A DNA stretch of 64,000 bases from Bacteroidota bacterium (GTDB lineage: Bacteria; Bacteroidota; Bacteroidia; AKYH767-A; JAHEYN01). Below are positions 10,663-19,211 of the stretch, piece by piece; positions within the stretch are counted from its first letter, which is position 1; each line of letters opens with the position of its first letter. The DNA lies in NCBI GenBank assembly GCA_947448795.1, contig CANFOZ010000004.1, positions 4,086 through 68,085 on the forward strand, written 5' to 3'. The notes beneath the pieces were generated by a model, which was given only the letters and a program-made list of their open reading frames with translations, had not been told where the DNA came from and did no database searches. The translations under genes and the position numbers were made by a program.

Positions 10663-11802
10663 CTATAAAAACAGGGCTTTGTTTAAAACCACGGCGTCGC
10701 TTTTATTCATAAATTCAAGCGCCGTTTGTCGAGCAGTAGCACGCAGCTGTTCATATTCCTTAGCACTCATTGTTGCGCAAGATTCAATTGCTTCAATAAA
10801 TTGGTGCTGATTTTCAAGAGGAATATCCCAGCCTGCCCCTTGGTTTTTGAGATCCTTCCAGGGCGTACGATCACTAATAATAACGGGGGTGCCGCAATTC
10901 AGACTCTCATAGATGATATGCCCAAAATTCTCACCACGTGTGGGCATGAATAAAAAATGATGCTGACTCAATACGGCGGGAATATCTTGCGGCTCAATAG
11001 CTCCATGGTATTTGACCGTAATATTAGCAGGTAAGGAAGCTATTTCCGCTTGGCATTTAGACCAATACGATTGGTTATAGACAGGACCGTAAAACTCAAA
11101 ATTAACTTTCGCTCGAATAGCTTTCAAAATTGTCAAGGCCCCGAGAAGATTCTTCTCGGGTGCAATACGCGCAATATTAACAAGCCGAAGCCCATCTAAT
11201 GGAGCTGATTGAGCCATGGCAATTAATTGTTCTTTTTTACGAGGCAGATTGGGAGCTATTTGTATTTCGTTATTACTAAAAACAACACGAATATCTTCCC
11301 TTTCGGATGCTGATGAAGCTTGAAACACAACCTTGTTAAAAAGACCAAAAAGACGCGCATTAAGTAAGAAGATGGTCTTTTTAAATCTCTTGATAGCCAA
11401 TGCAGATGGCGCCAACATGCCGCGTGCAGCAAGAATCACCTTTGCTTGCCGACCTCTCAAAAGCCATAGCGGAACGAGTGTAAACCAAAAAGAAAACAGG
11501 CTGTTGAGATAAATAAAGTCGGGGTTAATTTGACTATAAATAGAGCGCAAAGTAGTCACGCGCAATTGATCTTTCGATACATAATAAACGTGAACACCAT
11601 CACCCCTATTTACCCAACAGTTTGGTGTAATTTCCGAATACGGAATAGCGCGTGTGTAATCGGTATCGCGACAGACAATAAAAAAGTCAAATTCACCTGC
11701 CAGATGCTCAACAAGTCCAGCACAAGAAGTAACGGGGCCTCCAGCACGGAATCCAGGCAAGTACCAATCGATAAAAATGAGTATTTTCTTTTTTTCGATC
11801 AT
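10663..11802 (-). CDS. Glycosyltransferase family 4 (GT-B)
   Basis: C-terminal MPTRGENFGHIIYESLNCGTPVI (EX7E-type GT4 motif). The ATG at 11802-11800 overlaps the upstream TGA (ATGA), so it is preferred to the listed start at 11829. Confidence 0.8.
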   Translation of the reverse strand: MIEKKKILIFIDWYLPGFRAGGPVTSCAGLVEHLAGEFDFFIVCRDTDYTRAIPYSEITPNCWVNRGDGVHVYYVSKDQLRVTTLRSIYSQINPDFIYLNSLFSFWFTLVPLWLLRGRQAKVILAARGMLAPSALAIKRFKKTIFLLNARLFGLFNKVVFQASSASEREDIRVVFSNNEIQIAPNLPRKKEQLIAMAQSAPLDGLRLVNIARIAPEKNLLGALTILKAIRAKVNFEFYGPVYNQSYWSKCQAEIASLPANITVKYHGAIEPQDIPAVLSQHHFLFMPTRGENFGHIIYESLNCGTPVIISDRTPWKDLKNQGAGWDIPLENQHQFIEAIESCATMSAKEYEQLRATARQTALEFMNKSDAVVLNKALFL

Positions 11803-12863
11803 AGCAGGTTTGTTATCTGATCGGCCCAATCAGAGGGGTTATATCGGTTAGCGAGTTCGACACTGCTTACCGACATGGCTTTGAAGTCTTCATCGCTCAT
11901 TTTAGTGAAGGCATACAAGTAATCTATAAGCACAGCCTCATCACCTGGAGGAAAAGAAAAACCGTTTATGCCTGCAATTAAAAAGCGCTCGGCAGCACCC
12001 ACTTCATGACTGCAGAGTAATGGAAAACCAGCTGCGGCGAATTCATGAACAACAACTCCCCAAGGCTCAAAATAACTTGGCAAAACCAACACGCTTGTAT
12101 CAGCAATAAGCTGTTTCATTTGTGATGGTTGCACGAAACCTAAATCTTTGATTTTAGGATGCTTGGGAAACGATGCTTGAAGAACACCCGTGCCAGCGCA
12201 CCACAATTCCCAATCGTTGGGATTGTATTCATGTAGTTTGATAAACGCATTCCAAAGTGTTTCAAGCCCTTTTTCCTCCACATATCGCCCAATATAGAGG
12301 AAACGTTTGGGTTTGTTAATAGATTTTCGAGATTTTAGGTCATTATATAACTCAGAAAAATGCGGAATATCACAAGCATAAACACCCGTCAGAATTTTTC
12401 CATTAGCAAAGCCCAATTTGATTGCATACTTTTTTTGACGCTCACCGGCAACCCAGGCATGCGTGAATCCGCTACGCAGCTGTTTGCCTAACAAAACAGC
12501 AAAGTGCTGCCTCCATGAACCTTTCCATGGTGTATCCATGGCAAGCAAAACAGGAATGGTGCTTGTATATGCACGAATTGCCTTTAAATAGCCTTTATCT
12601 ATCCAGCCTGCGCAGTAGATTAGGTCTGGCTGCAAGTTCTGTATGAATGAAAGCAATTGCTTATTATCGAATTGAGAGCGATTATAAAAACGAATCTTCT
12701 CAGGTAAATTAAAATCAAAAGGCGCATCTGGATTTACAGGAAAGTGAATTACATGTACCTCCAAATGCGGCCTGTTTGCCAACTCTAACAAACTCGACAG
12801 CACATAAGAAGCCAACTCAGAGTATAGAAAAAGAACCTTGCGGTTTCTCTTTGTTGAATTCAT
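11799..12863 (-). CDS. Glycosyltransferase family 4 (GT-B)
   Basis: LPSYFEPWGVVVHEFAAAGFPLLCS motif. Same strand as the flanking glycan genes, with overlaps. Confidence 0.8.
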   Translation of the reverse strand: MNSTKRNRKVLFLYSELASYVLSSLLELANRPHLEVHVIHFPVNPDAPFDFNLPEKIRFYNRSQFDNKQLLSFIQNLQPDLIYCAGWIDKGYLKAIRAYTSTIPVLLAMDTPWKGSWRQHFAVLLGKQLRSGFTHAWVAGERQKKYAIKLGFANGKILTGVYACDIPHFSELYNDLKSRKSINKPKRFLYIGRYVEEKGLETLWNAFIKLHEYNPNDWELWCAGTGVLQASFPKHPKIKDLGFVQPSQMKQLIADTSVLVLPSYFEPWGVVVHEFAAAGFPLLCSHEVGAAERFLIAGINGFSFPPGDEAVLIDYLYAFTKMSDEDFKAMSVSSVELANRYNPSDWADQITNLL

Positions 12864-14197
12864 GGCTTGTCATTATAGTTAAGGACATTAGGATAAGAAT
12901 GGTGTATGGATTTAATGATCCAATAAGCCACGATTCAAAAAATGCAGAGAAAAGAATCATAGCTAGAATCGGAAGTGCAATGAACGTATTTTTTGCTGCG
13001 ATCACAAACTTGGAAATGAGAGCATACATAAAGAGTACCAATCCAAATAGGCCTGTACTAAGCCAGATTGAAATAAAGGAGTTGTGGGCCCCACCATCAC
13101 TACCCATTAAATTTAGCATTTGCTGATTGCCTTCGTGATAATAAATATATTCTTCGTGGCCCAAGCCTTTACCAAAGAAAAAATTCAATTGGATTTGCTC
13201 CCATCCAAACTTCCAAGCCACCAAACGGCCTGAGCCAGATTCTAAGGTGTTTTCTCTTAAAAAAGAGGATAATCCCATTTGCTGAATTAATACGTGTGAA
13301 TAGTCAACAACAACTTCATATGTTAAGGCTCCTACTAAAAGAATTATCATACCCAATACCTGTGAAAACTTAAAAAATCGTGAAACAATTAGAAATAAAG
13401 TAATTGAAAAAATGGCGTTTCTAGAACCACTTTCAATGCAGCTATAAGCAATAATCGCATAAATAATCAGGTTCTCTTGGCGAGAAAAAAGCTGAGGGAA
13501 ATACTGTTTTACAACAAGAAAAAAAAACAAAAAAAGTGGTGCAATTTAAGCCTATCGCATTCGGGTTACCCAAAAAGCCATGAAAGCGATTTAATCCAAC
13601 CATCGAGATGCCGGCTAAACGAAAAACAATAGCAACGAGCAGAAACAACGTAATCAAAACAATGAACTGTTTAAATATTGCTGGACCATACTCTTTGAAC
13701 AAGCGCAAGGTGATATTCGGAACGAGGATCACTAAAAGCAAATACGAAATGGTTTTCTGCAAGGCGAATTTCGGCATTTCGCTTTTTCCAATAACAAGAA
13801 AGGCAAACGTTAAAAAGGGAAGAAATACGAAGTAAAATGTGCTACCCTGTCGTAGCTCATTTCGTCCTAAAAAGAAAGCTGCCCCTATGCCAAGTAGATA
13901 ATACGGCTTGATTGGTTTTGCGAAACTGAATTGAGCAAGGTAGCTATCCGAAAAATAGAGCAATAAAAACAAACCAAATAGCATAAAGGCAACCTTGTCT
14001 TTTGAAATAAAGAGCAATAAGGATAAAATAATTGCAAGCTGGGTAAGCGGGGATACAAATCGCCCCAATAACAGCCAAATAATGGCTACAAAAACAAAAT
14101 GTTTATGGGTTCTATAGAAGTCGGCAAACATGATAATCAATAAGCATGAAATCCATAAATAAAGAGATGCTATCTTACATTTCTTTGTGCAGCTCAA
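12817..14197 (-). pseudogene. O-antigen ligase / Wzy-family polymerase-like membrane protein, split by a 1-nt frameshift in a T7-G-T9 tract
   Basis: Two overlapping minus-strand ORFs (13442-14197 and 12817-13530) carry consecutive parts of one polytopic protein. Family motifs are RFHGFLGNPNAIGL, GSGRLVAWKFGWEQI..FFGKGLG and AHNSFISIWLSTGLFG. Removing one T from the T9 run joins ...TTFFVFF to LVVKQYFPQL in frame, giving about 459 aa. Confidence 0.65.
13519..13535 (-). repeat. Homopolymer tract T7-G-T9 (A9-C-A7 on the plus strand) at the frameshift point
   Basis: Read directly: 13519-13527 is A9, 13528 is C, and 13529-13535 is A7. Confidence 0.95.
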
Positions 14198-14217
14198 TAA
14201 AGCAGCGCGAATACCCT

Positions 14218-14225
14218 CAAAAGTA
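14218..14225 (-). promoter_or_regulatory. Candidate internal -7 promoter box (TACTTTTG) ahead of the Wzy-like gene
   Basis: The minus strand reads TACTTTTG, 20 nt upstream of the TTG start at 14197, in the 89-nt gap after the HTTM pair. Confidence 0.4.
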
Positions 14226-14286
14226 ATGAAAATCGAAGTTTGTTTTACACGACAACCAAGCTCAAATTCAAAAATAAATATCGCTA

Positions 14287-16152
14287 TTATAGATCCTCAA
14301 CAGGCAAAATCGAGGAACTGAAGTCGTTACCGTGCCATTCGGCATTTCCTATCACAAACCAAGGTTGAGCAATTTGGCGATTTAAAAAATCATGTTCAAA
14401 ACCTGTAGGACTATCAATTTTTTTACATAATATTTCAAATTGATAACTGCTGTTTAAATTGTCAATGCGGTGCGTTTTATATAACCAAAACAGGGAGTAT
14501 CGCTTTATTCCTGCTTCCATGGCGCGGTTGTTAATATTTGGGCCGTTCACGCAAAATGTCCAATTTACCCAAAGGAAACTTTTCAGATAATCGCCTGGTA
14601 GGCCTTGCTCGTTAATAATAGGCAACACAGTTCGCTTCCCTTTTTCAATATAATCGACCCGTATAATATGGTTATACTTCTTGAAATGACTATCCATAAA
14701 CACTCCATGGTTGGTGATCCCTAGCATATACGTTGATAGCGATGCCACCGGCTGAAGCGCACTATTAAGCGAGTGAAACCAGCTTAGGCCTTTAAATCTA
14801 TTGCTAATCAATGGCGATTTCAAAGAAGTAATAAGCTGCAAAAGTATAATGACAACAAACAACAGTTTCAGGCTAACGCGATAAAGCCTTGTAATGCTCA
14901 GGTTATTAAACAACATTACCTGCTCATTATTCGATTCTGGCGCACCTAGTCTAATTTCAAAGTCTTTTTCAGTGTTCAAAGCGTTGCCGCTATTTAACGT
15001 CAATTTACCATATAACCACCGTGCTATCTGATAAACTCCAGGCACTTTGAGAATCAAAAAAAACGGATAAAAAATTAAGGAGTACCGAAAAGTCTGTATA
15101 TACACATCGATACCATGGTAAACCTTTCCTTCAAAAACGCCTTGTACATTTTTCTTAAAAGCCTCATTAGGGGTTTTATTTAGTAAGTTTCTATTATCGT
15201 GATTGTCTTTTGAATCGATGAATCGAATTCGACCGAACACATCGACGTATTCCAAAACTATTTTCGTTCGGATACAAAATGGATTTTCTGCGTTGTATAT
15301 AAAAAGAAAGGATGGATGGCTATTAGGTCGCGAACGCCTCTTGCCAATAAATGGAGGCAGTAACAGAACATACATAGCTACAACAAGTTGCGCGAATTGC
15401 GGAATCGGATAGAGTATGTATATCCCAATATGTAGACCAAGTCCAATAATAAAAAAAATCAGCCTGAATCGTTTGTTCCAAAACAGAAATAGAAATAACA
15501 CTTCAAAAACCAATGTCAAATACCCTAGCCCCTTCATAAACCACTCCATATTCAGAATTGAAGAAGCATTAAAATTGACTGCGAACGGCATTGATGCAGG
15601 TAGCCAGACCCCTAAGCCTGACATCCATAAAGGCGATTGAAGTTTATAAAAAATAGAGTCAAAATAAACCAGGCCTACGCCCACAAAAACGATTAGATAG
15701 GAATAAAACTCCGAAACCATTTCATCTGGAATATAGGCTGCCTTTGTTTTCGAATTGTTTATTCTTTTTAACAAATTGTCGATAGATAGTGCGCTTGATA
15801 CAGGAGCAATCATCAACAAAAAATTAACCCCCATATAGCCATGGAAAGCATGGTATTCAAATTGCTTTGCAGCACCTATCATAAGCAAGCTTAAGAGGTA
15901 ATTGATGCATGCAAAAAACCGTGTTTTATAACCCAGTATCAAACATAAGATTGATAGTATCCAAGCATAAAATGCAAAAGGAACCGCAATAACTGACGGC
16001 TCCAGAAAAGGCATCGAATCATACACAAGTTCTTTGAAACGGTACAACCTGATAACTTCAAGCAACAAAACAACGCTATAGAGCATTCTAAAAATGGCTA
16101 GATTTCTAGATGATACTTTTCTTTCAATCAGCCCATTTAAAAAACCATTCAT
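14287..16152 (-). CDS. HTTM (vitamin-K-dependent-carboxylase-like) membrane domain fused to a degenerate DCC/DUF393-like module and a conserved C-terminal domain (paralogue B)
   Basis: N-terminal SSRNLAIFRMLYSVVLLLEVIRLYRF HTTM-type signature plus a polytopic region. The middle module aligns with the DCC motif of the neighbour but reads NAENPFC instead of DKECPLC. It is collinear with the upstream 621-aa paralogue. Confidence 0.7.
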   Translation of the reverse strand: MNGFLNGLIERKVSSRNLAIFRMLYSVVLLLEVIRLYRFKELVYDSMPFLEPSVIAVPFAFYAWILSILCLILGYKTRFFACINYLLSLLMIGAAKQFEYHAFHGYMGVNFLLMIAPVSSALSIDNLLKRINNSKTKAAYIPDEMVSEFYSYLIVFVGVGLVYFDSIFYKLQSPLWMSGLGVWLPASMPFAVNFNASSILNMEWFMKGLGYLTLVFEVLFLFLFWNKRFRLIFFIIGLGLHIGIYILYPIPQFAQLVVAMYVLLLPPFIGKRRSRPNSHPSFLFIYNAENPFCIRTKIVLEYVDVFGRIRFIDSKDNHDNRNLLNKTPNEAFKKNVQGVFEGKVYHGIDVYIQTFRYSLIFYPFFLILKVPGVYQIARWLYGKLTLNSGNALNTEKDFEIRLGAPESNNEQVMLFNNLSITRLYRVSLKLLFVVIILLQLITSLKSPLISNRFKGLSWFHSLNSALQPVASLSTYMLGITNHGVFMDSHFKKYNHIIRVDYIEKGKRTVLPIINEQGLPGDYLKSFLWVNWTFCVNGPNINNRAMEAGIKRYSLFWLYKTHRIDNLNSSYQFEILCKKIDSPTGFEHDFLNRQIAQPWFVIGNAEWHGNDFSSSILPVEDL

Positions 16153-16197
16153 GCTTTATTTTTTTATTGTCTCTAGTGTATTTCGGCTGTACATCAT

Positions 16198-18063
16198 TTA
16201 TTGCTGCTCGACTGGCAGAATAGTAGAAGAAAAATCATCATCCTGCCAATCAGCTGTTCCAATAACAAACCAGGGCTTAGTTATTTGGCGTTTTAAAAAA
16301 TCCTTTTGAAAACCGACAGGGGTGTCAATTTTTTTACAAAGCACCTCGAAGTGATGTGCGCCCACCAATTGCTTAGCTCTCTTCGTTTTATACAACCAGA
16401 AAACGGTATATCGTTTGATTCCTGCTTCGAGCTTCGCGTTACTAACGGTTGGTCCGTTAACTCGAAATGTCCAATTTACCCAATTGAAATTATACAAATA
16501 ATCGCTTGGTAGTCCGCGCTGATCGATAATTGGGAGAGTAATGCGTTTGCCATTTTCAATACAATCGATGCGAATAACGTGGTTGTAATTTTTAAAATGG
16601 CTATCCATAAAAACCCCATGGTTTGTGATTCCTAAGAAATGATGGGACAGATTCGCAAGAGGTTGAAGAAATCGTGTTATTGAACTATAAAAGCCAAATC
16701 TGCTTAATGCCTGACTGGGCAATGGCGATTGCAAAGAGACATTGATTTGCAATAGTAGAATTCCAAAAAAAAGAAACTTCAATGTACCTCGAGTAAAAGC
16801 ATTCAAACTCAGATTCTTAAGAAGCCGGACACGCTTAGTAGATACCTCGGGATGGTTGCCTATTCCAATTTCGCAATTTTCAGCTGTGCAGCGCTCAGTG
16901 CTTCTACCTTTGGCTACTGTCGTATAGAACCACCTTGCGATGTGATAAATACCAGGTATACTTAGCAATAAATAAATCGGAAAAAACAAGATAGATTTCC
17001 GAAAAACCTGTCGATAAACATCAATCCCTTTATAAACCTTTTCATTATAAAGACCATGAACATCTCGCACCAGATTATCAAAAGAAAAAGCTTGCAAGGC
17101 TCGATGATTTGCTTGCTGCGTTTGAACATCAAAAAAGCGAATGCGTCCAAAAACATCTAAATACTCAACTACTATTTTTGTTCGTATGCACAATGGACAT
17201 TCCTTATCGTAAAAAAAGAGGAAGGGTTCTTGTTTAATTAATTTTTTAAAATTCAGCCTAATAGGCGGAAGCATTAGCACATATAATACAATACAAAATT
17301 GAGCGAATTGAGGTATTGGAAAAAAGATGTAAATTCCGATGTGTAAGCAAATACCAACCAGTAAAAGGATTAGCTTAAACCTCCTATTCCAAAACAAAAA
17401 AAGAAAAACCGCCTCAAAAATGATCGTTAAATAGCCAAAACCCTTCATCAACCACTCTTGATTTAGAATTGGCGTAGCATCAAAATTAACAGCAAAGGGC
17501 ATTGAAGCTGGAAGCCAAATACCTAAGCCTGATAACCATAATGGGGATTGTAATTTAAACAATATGGAATCAAAGTAAACCAAGCCAACACCAACAAAAA
17601 CCAATAAAAAGGAATAGAATTCAGAAACCTTTTCCTCTGGTAAAAATTCTTTTTTTAAGGTTGATGTGTTTAAGCGTTTAAGCAAATTGTCAACAGATAA
17701 GGAATCAGAAACCGGAGTAAACATCAGCAGAAAGTTAACACCCATGTAACCATAAAATACATGGTATTCGAACTGCGTTGCCGTACCAATCAACAACAAA
17801 CTCAATAAATAATTCACGACTGAAAAAAAGCGTGTTTTATAACCCAATATCAGACAAAAAAGGGTAATAAACCAAGCGTCTAAGGCATACGCCGTTGACA
17901 TCACGGATGGCACTCGGTATGGAATTGCATCATACACCAAATGCTGAAAACGATACAGCCGAATTGCTTCCAATAACAGAACAAGGCAATACAATATGCG
18001 AAAAACCGCTAAGTTTCTCGATGAGATTTTGTTATCGATGAGCTTGTTAAGAAACCTATTCAT
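16198..18063 (-). CDS. HTTM membrane domain fused to a DCC/DUF393 thiol-disulfide oxidoreductase module and a conserved C-terminal domain (paralogue A)
   Basis: SSRNLAVFRILYCLVLLLEAIRLYRF signature; FFYDKECPLC (DxxCxxC, encoded at 17188-17208) followed by GIDVY...IARWFY as in DUF393; an extra TM; and a C-terminal domain of about 175 aa. It starts 12 nt after the aminotransferase gene. Confidence 0.75.
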   Translation of the reverse strand: MNRFLNKLIDNKISSRNLAVFRILYCLVLLLEAIRLYRFQHLVYDAIPYRVPSVMSTAYALDAWFITLFCLILGYKTRFFSVVNYLLSLLLIGTATQFEYHVFYGYMGVNFLLMFTPVSDSLSVDNLLKRLNTSTLKKEFLPEEKVSEFYSFLLVFVGVGLVYFDSILFKLQSPLWLSGLGIWLPASMPFAVNFDATPILNQEWLMKGFGYLTIIFEAVFLFLFWNRRFKLILLLVGICLHIGIYIFFPIPQFAQFCIVLYVLMLPPIRLNFKKLIKQEPFLFFYDKECPLCIRTKIVVEYLDVFGRIRFFDVQTQQANHRALQAFSFDNLVRDVHGLYNEKVYKGIDVYRQVFRKSILFFPIYLLLSIPGIYHIARWFYTTVAKGRSTERCTAENCEIGIGNHPEVSTKRVRLLKNLSLNAFTRGTLKFLFFGILLLQINVSLQSPLPSQALSRFGFYSSITRFLQPLANLSHHFLGITNHGVFMDSHFKNYNHVIRIDCIENGKRITLPIIDQRGLPSDYLYNFNWVNWTFRVNGPTVSNAKLEAGIKRYTVFWLYKTKRAKQLVGAHHFEVLCKKIDTPVGFQKDFLKRQITKPWFVIGTADWQDDDFSSTILPVEQQ

Positions 18064-18075
18064 TGGTGTTTTAAA

Positions 18076-19200
18076 TCAAATGTCATAAAACGCCAATATA
18101 CGCTTTGTGATTTTAATCACATCGTCGTTGGTAAGCTCATAATACATAGGCAAGCGAATTAAGCGATCTGTAAATGCATCGCTATTGGGCAAGTCGCGCC
18201 CATCGTGTTTGGCTTTATAATACGGGCTTTTGTGTAGGGATAAATAATGGAATACAGCATGCATGTCTTGCTCTTTTAAATACGCTATCAGTTTTGTTCG
18301 CTGCTCTAGCGACTCGCAAACTAAGTAAAACATATGGGCATTGTTAGAAGCATAAATTGGCAGCATAGGTAGTCCCACTCCTTTGTCAATTAAGCAGGTT
18401 AATTGCTCAAAATACAGCTCCCAAATTTGCAAGCGTCGCTTTTGAATGCGATCTATATTTTCAAGCTGAGCAAATAGAAATGCTGCAATAATATCGGATG
18501 GAAGAAAGGAAGAACCAATATCCACCCAGCCGTATTTATCAACCTCTCCTCTAAAAAATGCCGAACGATTAGTCCCCTTTTCACGAATAATCTCGGCCCT
18601 ATTAATGAGCCGTTCATCATTCACTATCAACATCCCTCCTTCACCGGAAATAATATTTTTTGTTTCATGAAATGAAAACGCGCCAAGGTGACCAATGCTG
18701 CCAAGTGCTCGTCCTTTGTAGAAACTATCAATAGCTTGGGCTGCATCCTCCACCACAAAAAGCGAGTGTTTATCTGCAATGTCCATCACTCTATCCATAT
18801 CGCAAGCAACCCCAGCATAATGAACAACAACGATTGCTTTCGTTCGATGGTTAATTAATGGCTCAATTGCATCCACATCCATATTCGGATGCTCAGTTGA
18901 TGAATCAACAAATACAATTTTTGCTCCACGCAACACAAAGGCATTAACGGTTGAAACAAAAGTAAAAGAGGGGGCAATAACTTCGTCGCCTTCCTTGATA
19001 TCTAGTAAAATCGCTGCCATCTCCAAGGCATCGGTACAAGAGGTAGTTAAAAGCGCTTTTTTAAAGCCATATCGATCCTGAAAAAACTGATGGCATTTTT
19101 TTGTGAAGATTCCATCGCCTGATATCTTCAGATTGCTAACCGCTTCCTTAATGTAATCCGTTTCTTTTCCCGAAAGATAGGGTTTGTTAAATGTAATCAT
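18076..19200 (-). CDS. wecE: dTDP-4-amino-4,6-dideoxygalactose transaminase family (WecE/RffA, DegT/DnrJ/EryC1 class)
   Basis: LLTTSCTDALEMAAILLDIKEGDEVIAPSFTFVSTVNAFVLRGAKIVFVD closely follows the E. coli WecE core as I recall it. HETKNI holds the PLP lysine. Confidence 0.85.
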   Translation of the reverse strand: MITFNKPYLSGKETDYIKEAVSNLKISGDGIFTKKCHQFFQDRYGFKKALLTTSCTDALEMAAILLDIKEGDEVIAPSFTFVSTVNAFVLRGAKIVFVDSSTEHPNMDVDAIEPLINHRTKAIVVVHYAGVACDMDRVMDIADKHSLFVVEDAAQAIDSFYKGRALGSIGHLGAFSFHETKNIISGEGGMLIVNDERLINRAEIIREKGTNRSAFFRGEVDKYGWVDIGSSFLPSDIIAAFLFAQLENIDRIQKRRLQIWELYFEQLTCLIDKGVGLPMLPIYASNNAHMFYLVCESLEQRTKLIAYLKEQDMHAVFHYLSLHKSPYYKAKHDGRDLPNSDAFTDRLIRLPMYYELTNDDVIKITKRILAFYDI

Positions 19201-19211
19201 ATACTAAAGTA

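Noticed and set aside
14198-16197. An SdpABC-like antimicrobial-peptide system, since SdpB is an HTTM-type protein. I looked for a small secreted precursor ORF next to the HTTM genes.
   Set aside because: The flanking gaps (14198-14286 and 16153-16197) are too short and hold no ORF. No small Cys-containing precursor is visible nearby, and the C-terminal domain motifs did not match what I remember of SdpA. The idea is kept only as a remote analogy.
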